Below, piece by piece: positions 1 through 8,791 of a DNA stretch of 32,396 nucleotides. The stretch is from an uncultured Gammaproteobacteria bacterium. GTDB lineage: Bacteria > Patescibacteriota > Microgenomatia > UBA8517. Under the pieces are notes generated by a model. It was not told where the DNA came from. It worked only from the letters and a program-made list of their open reading frames with translations, and did not search any database. Where the stretch lies: NCBI GenBank assembly GCA_964489145.1, contig CAZAXL010000003.1, forward strand, positions 16,207 through 48,602, written 5' to 3'. A program made the translations under genes and the position numbers. Every line of letters begins with the position of its first letter. Position 1 is the first letter of the stretch.

Positions 1-651
1 TCCCAGAATTGTCATCTTTTTTGCTTTCAAAAATATCTTACGGTTAATAAAGACCAGAAGTCCCAACAGTAAAACCGCAATTATTCTTTCTGAATAATAT
101 GCGTGTGTAGAAATTCCCAAAATCAAGGCTGCTACCGGAAATAATGAAATTTTCTTTAATGAGGCCAACAACAAATATGTACCTATTCCAAAAATTAACA
201 CTCCCAGGTTGGCTTCTACGGCAAGTCTGCTAAAGTGTATCGACCAGGGAGAAATGGCAACCATAGCGGCTGCAATCAACCCTGCAGTTATACCGTCATT
301 CTTGTTTTTACTTCCAAAATGACTAATTAATAAATAAGTCAACAATACCAAACCGACTCCCGACAAAGCCGAAATAAATCTAACCGTGAATATGCTGTTA
401 CCCAAAAAAATAGTTGGAATGATGGTCAGATATGTATAAATCGGTGGCTGATATGAACCGTTGGCTCTAAAAAGAATTGGGAAATCTTTGCCGTACATAT
501 CTTTCCCTGTTTTAAGAATCGAGAAAGCATTAAAGCCCTGGGCGGCTCCGTCGGCATGTAATCCCGGAGGAACATTGCCCAAATTATAAAATCTTAACGT
601 AATAGCTCCAACAATGATAAAAAATAATAATAATTTGTGTAGCTTATTCAT
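1..651 (-). CDS. GT-C fold glycosyltransferase, ArnT/PMT_2-like (5' part only; runs off window start)
   Basis: Not in the ORF track; translated by hand from ATG at 651, overlapping the upstream stop by 8 bp: MNKLHKLLLFFIIVGAITLRFYNLGNVPPGLHADGAAQGFNAFSILKTGKDMYG...VRFISALSG...AISPWSIHFSRLAVEANL. Clearly paralogous to 2100..3515. Confidence 0.85.
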   Translation of the reverse strand, partial: MNKLHKLLLFFIIVGAITLRFYNLGNVPPGLHADGAAQGFNAFSILKTGKDMYGKDFPILFRANGSYQPPIYTYLTIIPTIFLGNSIFTVRFISALSGVGLVLLTYLLISHFGSKNKNDGITAGLIAAAMVAISPWSIHFSRLAVEANLGVLIFGIGTYLLLASLKKISLFPVAALILGISTHAYYSERIIAVLLLGLLVFINRKIFLKAKKMTILG

Positions 652-2056
652 GAGTGAATTTATTTTTATAAATTGTTATTAGCCTAAATAGTCCAATCAA
701 TATGGCAGAATTAATCAGTGGAACAAATAACCAATAAACTATTCCCGGCTGAGCCAAAAAAGCACCAACAACAGCAATCCCCAGACAATATAAAAGTGGT
801 TTGATTTTTTCGGACAGCAATGTCAGCACCCCTAATACAAATAGCGGGAAAAAGACAAGACTATAAATTGCAACGGCATCGGCTGAAAAATAACGGCTTA
901 AATCAAAACTATCTGTTACTTTGCGGATTGGTCTATCGTGATAAAACTTTGTTTGTTCGATAGTTGCGTTTCCAAAGTTACTCCTGCCAACGATTCCCAA
1001 CTCTCTTCTGTACATTTCCCGTCTTTCCCACATTTGATTTCTCTCGAAACTGGAAATATAGAAAATATCTTTGCGTACTCCGGTTGTTAAAACAAATAGT
1101 CCTGCTAATAAAGCCAGCGCAATAAAGATAACTTTATTAAATAGCGGCTTTGCTGGTTTTGGCTGAAGCAAAAGGTACAGCAATACACTTTGCGTCAAGA
1201 TAAAAAAACCAAACCATATGCCTAATGATGATTCTGATTTTAAAAAAAAGACAATAGACACAAAAAAGACAATTGCTAAAAGGCTGCTGTAACTTTTTTG
1301 CTTCTCATTCTTTCGCGAAGCAAAACGATGATCATTTATTATCCCCACCCCATGAAGCAGATATCTAAAGATTGTCCAAAATCCGTCTAAAATAAATTTA
1401 GTACCTTTAAGAAACTTTATTGATGATTGTTTTTCATGATAGCGGGTGGGGATTGGAATCTCACCAATTCGCATGCCATAACTGATTGCTGATACGGCGA
1501 TTTCTTGATCAAAAACAAAGTCGTTGGAAAATCTTTGGAAAGGAATAGTTTTAAGAAAATTTTTGGAAAAAGCCCTGTAGCCCGAAAAATGTTCCGAAAA
1601 ATTAACTCCCAAAAGTATATTTTGAATAAAACACACTATTCTATTTAGTAAATATTTATAGAGAGGCATACCCCCTTTAAGTGCCCCGCTTTTAGTCGCT
1701 ATCCGGCTGCCGAACATATAGTCAAATTTACCATCTAAGATTGGTTGGACCAGATATGGCATCATTGTGGCATCATACTGATAGTCAGGATGAAGCATTA
1801 CTACCACATCGGGATCCGACTTTAAAGCCTCCCAATAACCGGTTTTTTGGGCTCCTCCATAACCAAGATTATTAGGATGAGAGAAAACTTTAATACCCAG
1901 TCTTTTGGAAACAGCAATCGTGTTATCTCGGCTTCCGTCATCAATTAAAATTACATCTTTCCGATATTTCGGGGGTATCTCTTTAAAAGTATCTGCTACC
2001 GTCCTGGCAGCGTTATATCCCGGCATCATTACTACTACTCTTTTTGCTCTTTTCAT
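644..2056 (-). CDS. GT2 polyprenyl-phosphate glycosyltransferase (DPM synthase-like) with C-terminal multi-pass membrane domain
   Basis: N-terminal ~240 aa has PGYN, DDGSRD, NLGYGGAQK, HPDYQY, GSR, SGYRAF and FVFDQE. C-terminal ~220 aa has several hydrophobic helices. Confidence 0.85.
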   Translation of the reverse strand: MKRAKRVVVMMPGYNAARTVADTFKEIPPKYRKDVILIDDGSRDNTIAVSKRLGIKVFSHPNNLGYGGAQKTGYWEALKSDPDVVVMLHPDYQYDATMMPYLVQPILDGKFDYMFGSRIATKSGALKGGMPLYKYLLNRIVCFIQNILLGVNFSEHFSGYRAFSKNFLKTIPFQRFSNDFVFDQEIAVSAISYGMRIGEIPIPTRYHEKQSSIKFLKGTKFILDGFWTIFRYLLHGVGIINDHRFASRKNEKQKSYSSLLAIVFFVSIVFFLKSESSLGIWFGFFILTQSVLLYLLLQPKPAKPLFNKVIFIALALLAGLFVLTTGVRKDIFYISSFERNQMWERREMYRRELGIVGRSNFGNATIEQTKFYHDRPIRKVTDSFDLSRYFSADAVAIYSLVFFPLFVLGVLTLLSEKIKPLLYCLGIAVVGAFLAQPGIVYWLFVPLINSAILIGLFRLITIYKNKFTHE

Positions 2057-2099
2057 ATAATTATATAGATCTCAGGGAAGGGTTAGTTTTCCAAACATA

Positions 2100-3515
2100 T
2101 TATTTATCTGCGATAGTCACGTTTCCAAACATCTTAGGGAATTTACCATATTGGGAAATTACCAGACGGGGGTCAAGCTTTGCATACACTTCATAGGCAT
2201 ATTCAATATTATCGATTTCGTTTACGTATAAAGTTACTTCTTTGCCTTCCTTTTGACTCTCTATTGCCGCAAGTGCCACTTTTTTAGCGTCAACTGACCA
2301 AAATGAAGCAAACTTCGCGGGGGCAATTGTATACACTCGGACCAAAATATAGATTAATTGAAGGAGCATCAGTACTCCGGCAAAATAGGCAAACTTTTTA
2401 GGAATCCTTGAAAGAGCATATGAAATAATCATAATTAAAGGAGGCAGTATTAAACCATTCCTGAGTCCATGCGCTTCCGATAAAAACATTGTTGCAAGCG
2501 GTGTAATCAAAACCCACTTAAAAAGCAAAATTGATTCCTTTTTCTTTTCCCTCCAAAGAAACATTAAACCGATGAGTATCAAAGGCAAATCAATCAAAAA
2601 TACCATACCCATTTCTCCGGAGTTATGTCTCGGATTTCTGTCCCCTCTCAAAATCAAAAAGTCCGGAGAAAGATTTTTGGCATAATTCTCCAATATAATT
2701 CTCGAATATTCGATCTCCCTGTTTATAAAAAGAGGTTTAACAAACTGCGGCAATGCTGAAACGGTTCTTTCGTAGTTAACCCTTTGTATAATGCTTTGTT
2801 TCAAGTTATTGTCAGCAAAAATATTTATATTTAAAAATCTTTGTTCGCTGCCCGCCATGAAAGTTTCTCTGATTACTACTCCTCCGAAAAACAAAAGTAT
2901 TATTAAACCGATAACAAAAATTTTGTTCTTTACCACCTTACCGAATCCGCTAAACCAGAGGAGTACTAAAAAAAGGAGAGGTAAAGTTAATTTAAATGTT
3001 GGATAGGTTAAAACTGCTATTCCCCAGGAAATTGCCCACCAAATATATTTTTTATATACGAACGCAGTGATTCCCAACAGAGCCAAAAATAGCGCAAAAT
3101 GCGCTTCAAATCCGCCGCGACTTAAGTAGATATCCCATGGAGAAATCGCAGCCAGCAAACTAGCAATGACTCCAATTTTCTCACCAAAAAGTTTCTTACC
3201 CAAAAAATACATCAGGACAATGATTCCCAAACCGGAAAGGAGGGAGAGGGACCTAACTCCCCAGACAGTTGGCCCGAAAATTGCCACAAAGGGAACTGAA
3301 AAATAAATATATCCGCCTGGGCGCCCCGCACCCATCTTAAAAGTCAGGGGAAATTTTTGTCCTGTCGCATCCATGCCGGTTTTACTTATCGAATAGATAT
3401 CGTAAACCATGGTTAATTCGTCTCCGTACATGGGAAGGGCCTGAATTTTATAAACCCGGATCGCCGCACCAAGAATAATGATTCCCGCTAAAATCAACCA
3501 AAATTTCCTTCTCAT
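2100..3515 (-). CDS. GT-C fold glycosyltransferase, ArnT/PMT_2-like
   Basis: TM1 followed by R...PMYGDE acidic motif; also VRSLSLLSG, AISPWDIYLSR..FE; about 11-13 hydrophobic segments. Confidence 0.85.
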   Translation of the reverse strand: MRRKFWLILAGIIILGAAIRVYKIQALPMYGDELTMVYDIYSISKTGMDATGQKFPLTFKMGAGRPGGYIYFSVPFVAIFGPTVWGVRSLSLLSGLGIIVLMYFLGKKLFGEKIGVIASLLAAISPWDIYLSRGGFEAHFALFLALLGITAFVYKKYIWWAISWGIAVLTYPTFKLTLPLLFLVLLWFSGFGKVVKNKIFVIGLIILLFFGGVVIRETFMAGSEQRFLNINIFADNNLKQSIIQRVNYERTVSALPQFVKPLFINREIEYSRIILENYAKNLSPDFLILRGDRNPRHNSGEMGMVFLIDLPLILIGLMFLWREKKKESILLFKWVLITPLATMFLSEAHGLRNGLILPPLIMIISYALSRIPKKFAYFAGVLMLLQLIYILVRVYTIAPAKFASFWSVDAKKVALAAIESQKEGKEVTLYVNEIDNIEYAYEVYAKLDPRLVISQYGKFPKMFGNVTIADK

Positions 3516-3521
3516 ACCATT

Positions 3522-3533
3522 ATTATATATACT
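3522..3533. promoter_or_regulatory. Back-to-back -10 boxes (bidirectional, leaderless promoter)
   Basis: ATTATA (3522-3527; TATAAT on minus) lies 6 nt from the ATG at 3515. TATACT (3528-3533) lies 6 nt from the ATG at 3540. The intergenic gap is only 24 bp with no Shine-Dalgarno. Confidence 0.7.
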
Positions 3534-3539
3534 TTACGT

Positions 3540-5372
3540 ATGGAAAAAATACTCATGGGAGGAATTGCCGGTTTTTCCATCCTGACTCTTATTTCCTACA
3601 TTCTAATTGTACTCAACATCCCCTTCTTAATTATTCCGATTACTCTTCTTACTGCCGTCTTCGGAGTTAAACCATTAATAAAAACTATTAAACAAATTAA
3701 AATTAAGCTCAACTTTCAAACAATTATTATCCTTATTGTTTTTATTCTTGGAATAGCCGGACAGATGGCGGTCATTTCCCCGAGCGGAATTACCCAAAAC
3801 GGGAACTTACTTTTCTGGAGCGCTCACGGGCATGACGGAACCTGGCACATTGCTCTCATGGAGGAAATTAAAAAGGGCTGGCCGTTTGAAAATCCTATTT
3901 TTGCCGGCGAAAAGCTTGTTAACTACCACTTTTTCAGCGACATTTTGCCGGCTATGATAGGAAAGTATATACCCGTCTCCAATTTCGATTTATATTTCAG
4001 AATATTTCCATTTTTCTACTCGCTTTTTTTGGGGGCATCAGCCTATTTTTTGACAAAAAAGCTGACAAGAAGCTCTTCAGCTTCTATCTGGGCAACGATT
4101 TTTACTTATTTTGCCGGAAGTTTCGGTTTCATTGTCACCTACATAAAAGGTAAAACCATTGGTGGCGAAAGCATTTTCTGGGCAACCCAGCCACAAAGCT
4201 CAAGCGGCAACCCTCCGCAAATTATTTCCGACTTTTTGGTTTTGGCAGCGATATATTTTCTTATTGTACTAACCCGGCAAAAAAATAAATCTAAAAACAA
4301 AACAGTTTTCGTTATATGCGTCATTCTTTTCGGAACCCTGGCAAGCTTCAAGGTCTACGCGGGGGTCGTTGCTTTGGGGGCGCTGGGAATCGCGGCAATT
4401 TGGCAAATAGTTAAAGAGAAACGATTTCAGCTTCTGGTACTCACAACTTTTAGCGGAGCGTTGGCCGCTTTACTATATCTTCCCAACACTTCCGGTTCCG
4501 CTTCCTTTTTGATTTTTCAACCTTGGTGGTATGTGAGAACCATGATTGTAGAGCCATCACGTCTTAACCTTTTGGACTGGGAACTCAGGCGCCAGACTTA
4601 TATTTATGAGCACAACTGGAAAAGAGTTATATTTTTAGAAGGTGTAGGTTTTCTGATTTTCTTTTTCGGAAACTTGGGTATGAGGTTTGTGGGCTTATGG
4701 AATTATCTAAAAACACATTTGATTATTAAGGTAACAATCTTCCTTTCAATTTTACTGCCGCTCATATTTTTACAGAAAGGGGTTGCCAGTAACACCAGTC
4801 AGTTTTTGCAATACTTTGTTCTTCTTTTTGGAATTTTGGCGGGCATTCAAACCTCTAAAATTACGGCTAAGGCAAAATTTCTGACACCCTTTATTATTAT
4901 CTTAATGCTCCCTACCCAGATCGGACTTCTACGAGAATTTTACTCGCGCCCGGCGTTTGCCAAAGTTTCGTCTCAGGAAATTGAAGCCCTTAATTATATT
5001 AAAGAAAATACTCCGGAAGACACTGTTGTGGTGACTCCTCCCTATAATCAGTATCTGGACCTTAAAGATTCAACGCCCAACATCTGGGATTGGTTTGACA
5101 CTTCCTACATATCTGCCATCTCGGCAAGAAGAACATTCTTCGACGATTATGAACAAGCTGATATCATGGGCTACGATTGGAGAGCAAGACTTGAAACTAA
5201 ACGGGTTGTTTTTGAAGGCACCAATCCTATTGAAGTAAAAAGTGCTTTTACCGAAACCCAGGCCAATGTTTTATATTTCCCTAAAGCGGTGGGGCCAAAA
5301 GTTGATCCGAAAAGCTTGGGTCTTATCCTGATTTTTGAGAACCAGGAGATAGAAGTCTGGAAAGCCAACTAG
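3540..5372 (+). CDS. Multi-pass membrane protein, probable GT-C glycosyltransferase ('HDGxWH' type), paralog of 12081..13805
   Basis: FWSAHGHDGTWHIAL...PIFAG...NYH, GGESIFWA, KVYAG, NTSQF, plus a C-terminal soluble domain. The motifs are collinear with 12081..13805. Confidence 0.75.
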   Translation: MEKILMGGIAGFSILTLISYILIVLNIPFLIIPITLLTAVFGVKPLIKTIKQIKIKLNFQTIIILIVFILGIAGQMAVISPSGITQNGNLLFWSAHGHDGTWHIALMEEIKKGWPFENPIFAGEKLVNYHFFSDILPAMIGKYIPVSNFDLYFRIFPFFYSLFLGASAYFLTKKLTRSSSASIWATIFTYFAGSFGFIVTYIKGKTIGGESIFWATQPQSSSGNPPQIISDFLVLAAIYFLIVLTRQKNKSKNKTVFVICVILFGTLASFKVYAGVVALGALGIAAIWQIVKEKRFQLLVLTTFSGALAALLYLPNTSGSASFLIFQPWWYVRTMIVEPSRLNLLDWELRRQTYIYEHNWKRVIFLEGVGFLIFFFGNLGMRFVGLWNYLKTHLIIKVTIFLSILLPLIFLQKGVASNTSQFLQYFVLLFGILAGIQTSKITAKAKFLTPFIIILMLPTQIGLLREFYSRPAFAKVSSQEIEALNYIKENTPEDTVVVTPPYNQYLDLKDSTPNIWDWFDTSYISAISARRTFFDDYEQADIMGYDWRARLETKRVVFEGTNPIEVKSAFTETQANVLYFPKAVGPKVDPKSLGLILIFENQEIEVWKAN

Positions 5373-5928
5373 AATAAACACTATTTATAGTCTTCAACTT
5401 GCTCTCCGGCTGGCTGTAAGAAACTAACGGAATTCCCCCAGGATGTACTTCTTCCTCGTAGATGTATTCCGTAATACCGGAAGTGGACTCCGGCTCACTA
5501 ATAATAAAGACTTCGATTGTTTCTTCCGGACCGGCTCCGGGAGATGTAATCGTAAATATATATTCCTTCCCCAAGGAGTCAGGAATAACCGGAAAAACAA
5601 ATTTAACAAAAGAGCCATCTTCCAGATTTTGACCATTAAGAACAGAGGTTCGTATCAGATTGCCATTATCATATAGGCTAAAAATGACATCTGTTTTGTT
5701 CTTCAAATTGGGGTTTCTAATTGAAGTGCCGATTGCTGTTAAGTTGCCGGTTTTTGCAACAAATTTCTGTGAGAATCCCCTTATTTTATAGATTGACAGC
5801 CTTATATCGGAGTTGTAGCCCGGCTGGATATTAACCGGAATCATTTTCAGAGCCGATGCGAGGATCGCCGGCACCACAAAAACCAAAAATAAAACTGAGA
5901 CTGTCGTTAACCAAATCATTTTCTTCAC
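5323..5928 (-). CDS. Hypothetical membrane-anchored/exported protein, predicted beta-rich domain
   Basis: GTG start overlaps the upstream stop (GTGA). One N-terminal hydrophobic helix, then alternating beta-strand patterns (FSQKFVAK, FVKFVFPVIPDSLGKEYIFTIT). Confidence 0.75.
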   Translation of the reverse strand: MKKMIWLTTVSVLFLVFVVPAILASALKMIPVNIQPGYNSDIRLSIYKIRGFSQKFVAKTGNLTAIGTSIRNPNLKNKTDVIFSLYDNGNLIRTSVLNGQNLEDGSFVKFVFPVIPDSLGKEYIFTITSPGAGPEETIEVFIISEPESTSGITEYIYEEEVHPGGIPLVSYSQPESKLKTINSVYSSWLSRLLSPGSQKSG

Positions 5929-7130
5929 TGGGTTTTTTCCTTTCTAAAAAGCAAGTAACTAATTGTCAAAGCTCCGCCGGCAAAAATCGTGTGCAGAATG
6001 CTTTGTAAATTATAAGGATCATAAAACCTTTCAATTGCATTGAATGGGGTTGGCAAAAGATCAAACCAGGTACTGTAGGCCCTGTACAGCGAAATTGTCA
6101 TTGACCTATCCTGGTATAGAAGAGGGATAACAACGGAAGCCGTGGCCAGCAGGAAAATTGGCCAGGACAAAAACGACTTTTTGACGACTAAAATTACAAC
6201 AAATGGAGCAATCCACAAAAGCCATGCAATATGGAAATGGGAAAAAGAAAATATGATCAAAAGAATTACAATCCAATAATTAAACATGTTCGGCTTTTTA
6301 TCAGTCAACCATGCGCCAAAAAAGAGCGCCGAGAAAAGGAGTAGTCCAACGATTATTGATTCGCCAAAACCAACGGCAAAGCCCGGATTGAATATCCTGG
6401 TGGTCAGCCCCGAAATTAAAGTTGACTGGGCAAATGCCTGTGACAGGAACGGCGCGGATATCGCACCAAAAATGCCAAACGGTATCGCACCCAGGAGTAT
6501 CTTCTCTTTAGTGCTTTTACCGCCAAAAATTAAAAACGGGACAAATAAAAGCGGGTAAAGCTTAAAACCTGCCGCAATCCCTAAGGCCAGAGCAGCCAAA
6601 AGCAGCTTTTCTTTTTTAATCAAAAACAGGGAAATCAGAGTAATAAAAACCGGAAAAATATCAATGTTCCCAAACGCGTAAATGATAAAAATCGTAAAGG
6701 GATTAAAAAGCCAGATTATAAAAGATTTTTTTCCCATTACCCTACTGTCAAAGAATTTTAAAAGCAGGAAAGCAATAGAAATATCCAAAATCAAATACGG
6801 CAGTTTCAAAACCAGCAGATACCTAAAAACATTGGGATTCAAGATTGCTGTATTTGAGTCGGCATTTCCCAGCCACGCGTCAAAACCGCTTCCAAGGACC
6901 GGTGAAGCAATGGCCTGGTATCCGCCAAGGACAAAATAAGTTAACGGAAAATAAACAAACTCTTCCTTTAAAGGCAGTGTTTTTCTGTTTTCTATTAAAT
7001 ATGAATAAATATCGGTCACACCCTTTTTTAAGAAAGATGCCTGGAAGTTAAATGTTTTTATGTCAGGGTGAAATAAAAATGCTGCCACTAAAACTCTCAA
7101 GACGATCGCCAAAACCAGTAATTTTTTCAT
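5925..7130 (-). CDS. GT-C fold membrane glycosyltransferase, GT87/PIG-M-like
   Basis: 401 aa, almost all hydrophobic. Has HPD after TM1, FVYFPL, LKLPY..D, WLFNPF, GNID and KLYP. Confidence 0.7.
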   Translation of the reverse strand: MKKLLVLAIVLRVLVAAFLFHPDIKTFNFQASFLKKGVTDIYSYLIENRKTLPLKEEFVYFPLTYFVLGGYQAIASPVLGSGFDAWLGNADSNTAILNPNVFRYLLVLKLPYLILDISIAFLLLKFFDSRVMGKKSFIIWLFNPFTIFIIYAFGNIDIFPVFITLISLFLIKKEKLLLAALALGIAAGFKLYPLLFVPFLIFGGKSTKEKILLGAIPFGIFGAISAPFLSQAFAQSTLISGLTTRIFNPGFAVGFGESIIVGLLLFSALFFGAWLTDKKPNMFNYWIVILLIIFSFSHFHIAWLLWIAPFVVILVVKKSFLSWPIFLLATASVVIPLLYQDRSMTISLYRAYSTWFDLLPTPFNAIERFYDPYNLQSILHTIFAGGALTISYLLFRKEKTQ

Positions 7131-8791
7131 ATCTTTTTATTTTTTAATACAAGAAACACTGCAGCGCCAACTCCGATCAATGAAACTATATCCAGAACCT
7201 GCCTCATCAAAGATTCCCTGTAATAAACCTCAACTGTATGCTGTCCCGCAGGAACTTGTAAAACAATCTGGCCGTATGGCTTTCCCGATGCGATCCCCAC
7301 TCTCTTCCCATCTATTTTAGCAAACCAACCCGGGAAATAGTACTTGCTGTAATTTAAAATAAAATCTTCCTTATAGTCGGTGGAGACGACTGCATTAAGA
7401 GCGTTTATTTCCTCGGTTCGGGAAATTCCCGGAACATCGGCATAAGCCCTGGGAAAGTTGCTTTTGGGTCTTGCCTCGGTGTCTTTGGGCAGCCTTAGGT
7501 ATTCTTCCGATGTTTTTTTGTACTCCTCCGACGCGACAGGAACTGGAATATATCTATTGAGATAATACGCGTCCCCCCTGCCTAAATATTCGCTGGTTTT
7601 AAAGTAGTTAAAATTCAGAGTAATGGCGAGAATGATGACAATATATGAAATAACCCTCCCGAATTTGTATTTGGAAAAGCCTAAAAGCAGTATCGGAATG
7701 GAAAAAACTACCATTGCCAGAAATCTCCAAGGGAATTGAAAATACGGCAAAAGAGGTAGATTTCTCCATAAAAATGCGGATCGGAAATTCATCATAAAAA
7801 TACTCACGAGGAGTATCACTTCTCCCCATATAAAAAACATCTTTTCCTCAAGTGAAAACTTTTTAAATTTCAAGACAAATAAAATCAATCCGGAAATCGC
7901 AGTTAAAATTCCAGTCAAGCCAAAATAGAAAGACATTGTATCGTACGGTCCCGGAACCGAAGCCCCGTAGCCGAAATACGGAGTAATAAATTGCTTAAGC
8001 GCAGGGAAATGGTCATAAAAATTAAAAACTGTGTCGTAATGCATTAGCCTGCTTTCGTAAATTGCAGGAAGCCAAAAATAGACGGATGCCGTGAGTCCCA
8101 AAAAAACGCCGGCAAAACTTTTGACAATAGCGGCTTTTTTGTTTTTGATTATAAATACGATCCTTGAAATCAAAAGGAGCAGGGCAAAGGGCATAAACAT
8201 ATAAGCCATAATATTGTGCGACAAAACTAAAGCTGATACGGAGAGTGCCGTAACTCCAACCCATTTAACGGATGGTTTTTCTTTGCTCAAATTTACAAAG
8301 GCCAAGGCAACAATGGGAATTATGGTGAATGCTACAATCTCCCCTATTGTCCCCCGTACAAAAATTTCGGTAGCTCTATATGGCGCGTAAACATAAAGTA
8401 CCGAGCCAGCAAGTGAAAGTTCCTCGGGTAAAAACTCTTTTAGGAATTTGTACATGAAGTACATAGACAGTGGAATAGATAAACCAAAAACGATCTTTAT
8501 ACTATCAACCAGGGAAAACCCCAGAAGGTGAATTATCTCCCCTATATAAAACGGTAGAGGATAAACAAAATTAAAAAGCGGGTATCCAAAACCAAAACTC
8601 AAATCCGGGACAAAGCGAGGCGGAAATTGAAGTGATTTTATCGCTCTGTCCATCTCATAAAGCCAGGCAACATGTAGATCGTCGGAAACCCCGAAGAAAC
8701 CATAAACAAACAAATATCTTATTGCCGGAACCGACAAAAGAAGAATCAAAGGAATCAAATATTTAGACAGTACGCTTTTTGTTTTTTTCAT
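7127..8791 (-). CDS. GT-C fold membrane protein, YfhO/PTPS-related family (paralog 1 of 3)
   Basis: SDDLH, PRFVPD..FGFGYPLFNF, YAPY, VRG, SHN, FWLPA, QFPWRFL, C-terminal YFPGW. Start moved to ATG 8791 (MKKTK), which overlaps the upstream gene end. Confidence 0.8.
   Translation of the reverse strand: MKKTKSVLSKYLIPLILLLSVPAIRYLFVYGFFGVSDDLHVAWLYEMDRAIKSLQFPPRFVPDLSFGFGYPLFNFVYPLPFYIGEIIHLLGFSLVDSIKIVFGLSIPLSMYFMYKFLKEFLPEELSLAGSVLYVYAPYRATEIFVRGTIGEIVAFTIIPIVALAFVNLSKEKPSVKWVGVTALSVSALVLSHNIMAYMFMPFALLLLISRIVFIIKNKKAAIVKSFAGVFLGLTASVYFWLPAIYESRLMHYDTVFNFYDHFPALKQFITPYFGYGASVPGPYDTMSFYFGLTGILTAISGLILFVLKFKKFSLEEKMFFIWGEVILLVSIFMMNFRSAFLWRNLPLLPYFQFPWRFLAMVVFSIPILLLGFSKYKFGRVISYIVIILAITLNFNYFKTSEYLGRGDAYYLNRYIPVPVASEEYKKTSEEYLRLPKDTEARPKSNFPRAYADVPGISRTEEINALNAVVSTDYKEDFILNYSKYYFPGWFAKIDGKRVGIASGKPYGQIVLQVPAGQHTVEVYYRESLMRQVLDIVSLIGVGAAVFLVLKNKKI

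Noticed and set aside
2057-2099. Leaderless promoter or intrinsic terminator before 644..2056
   Set aside because: TATAAT is only 3 nt from the ATG, and the GGAA/TTCC stem is too weak and lacks a U-tract.
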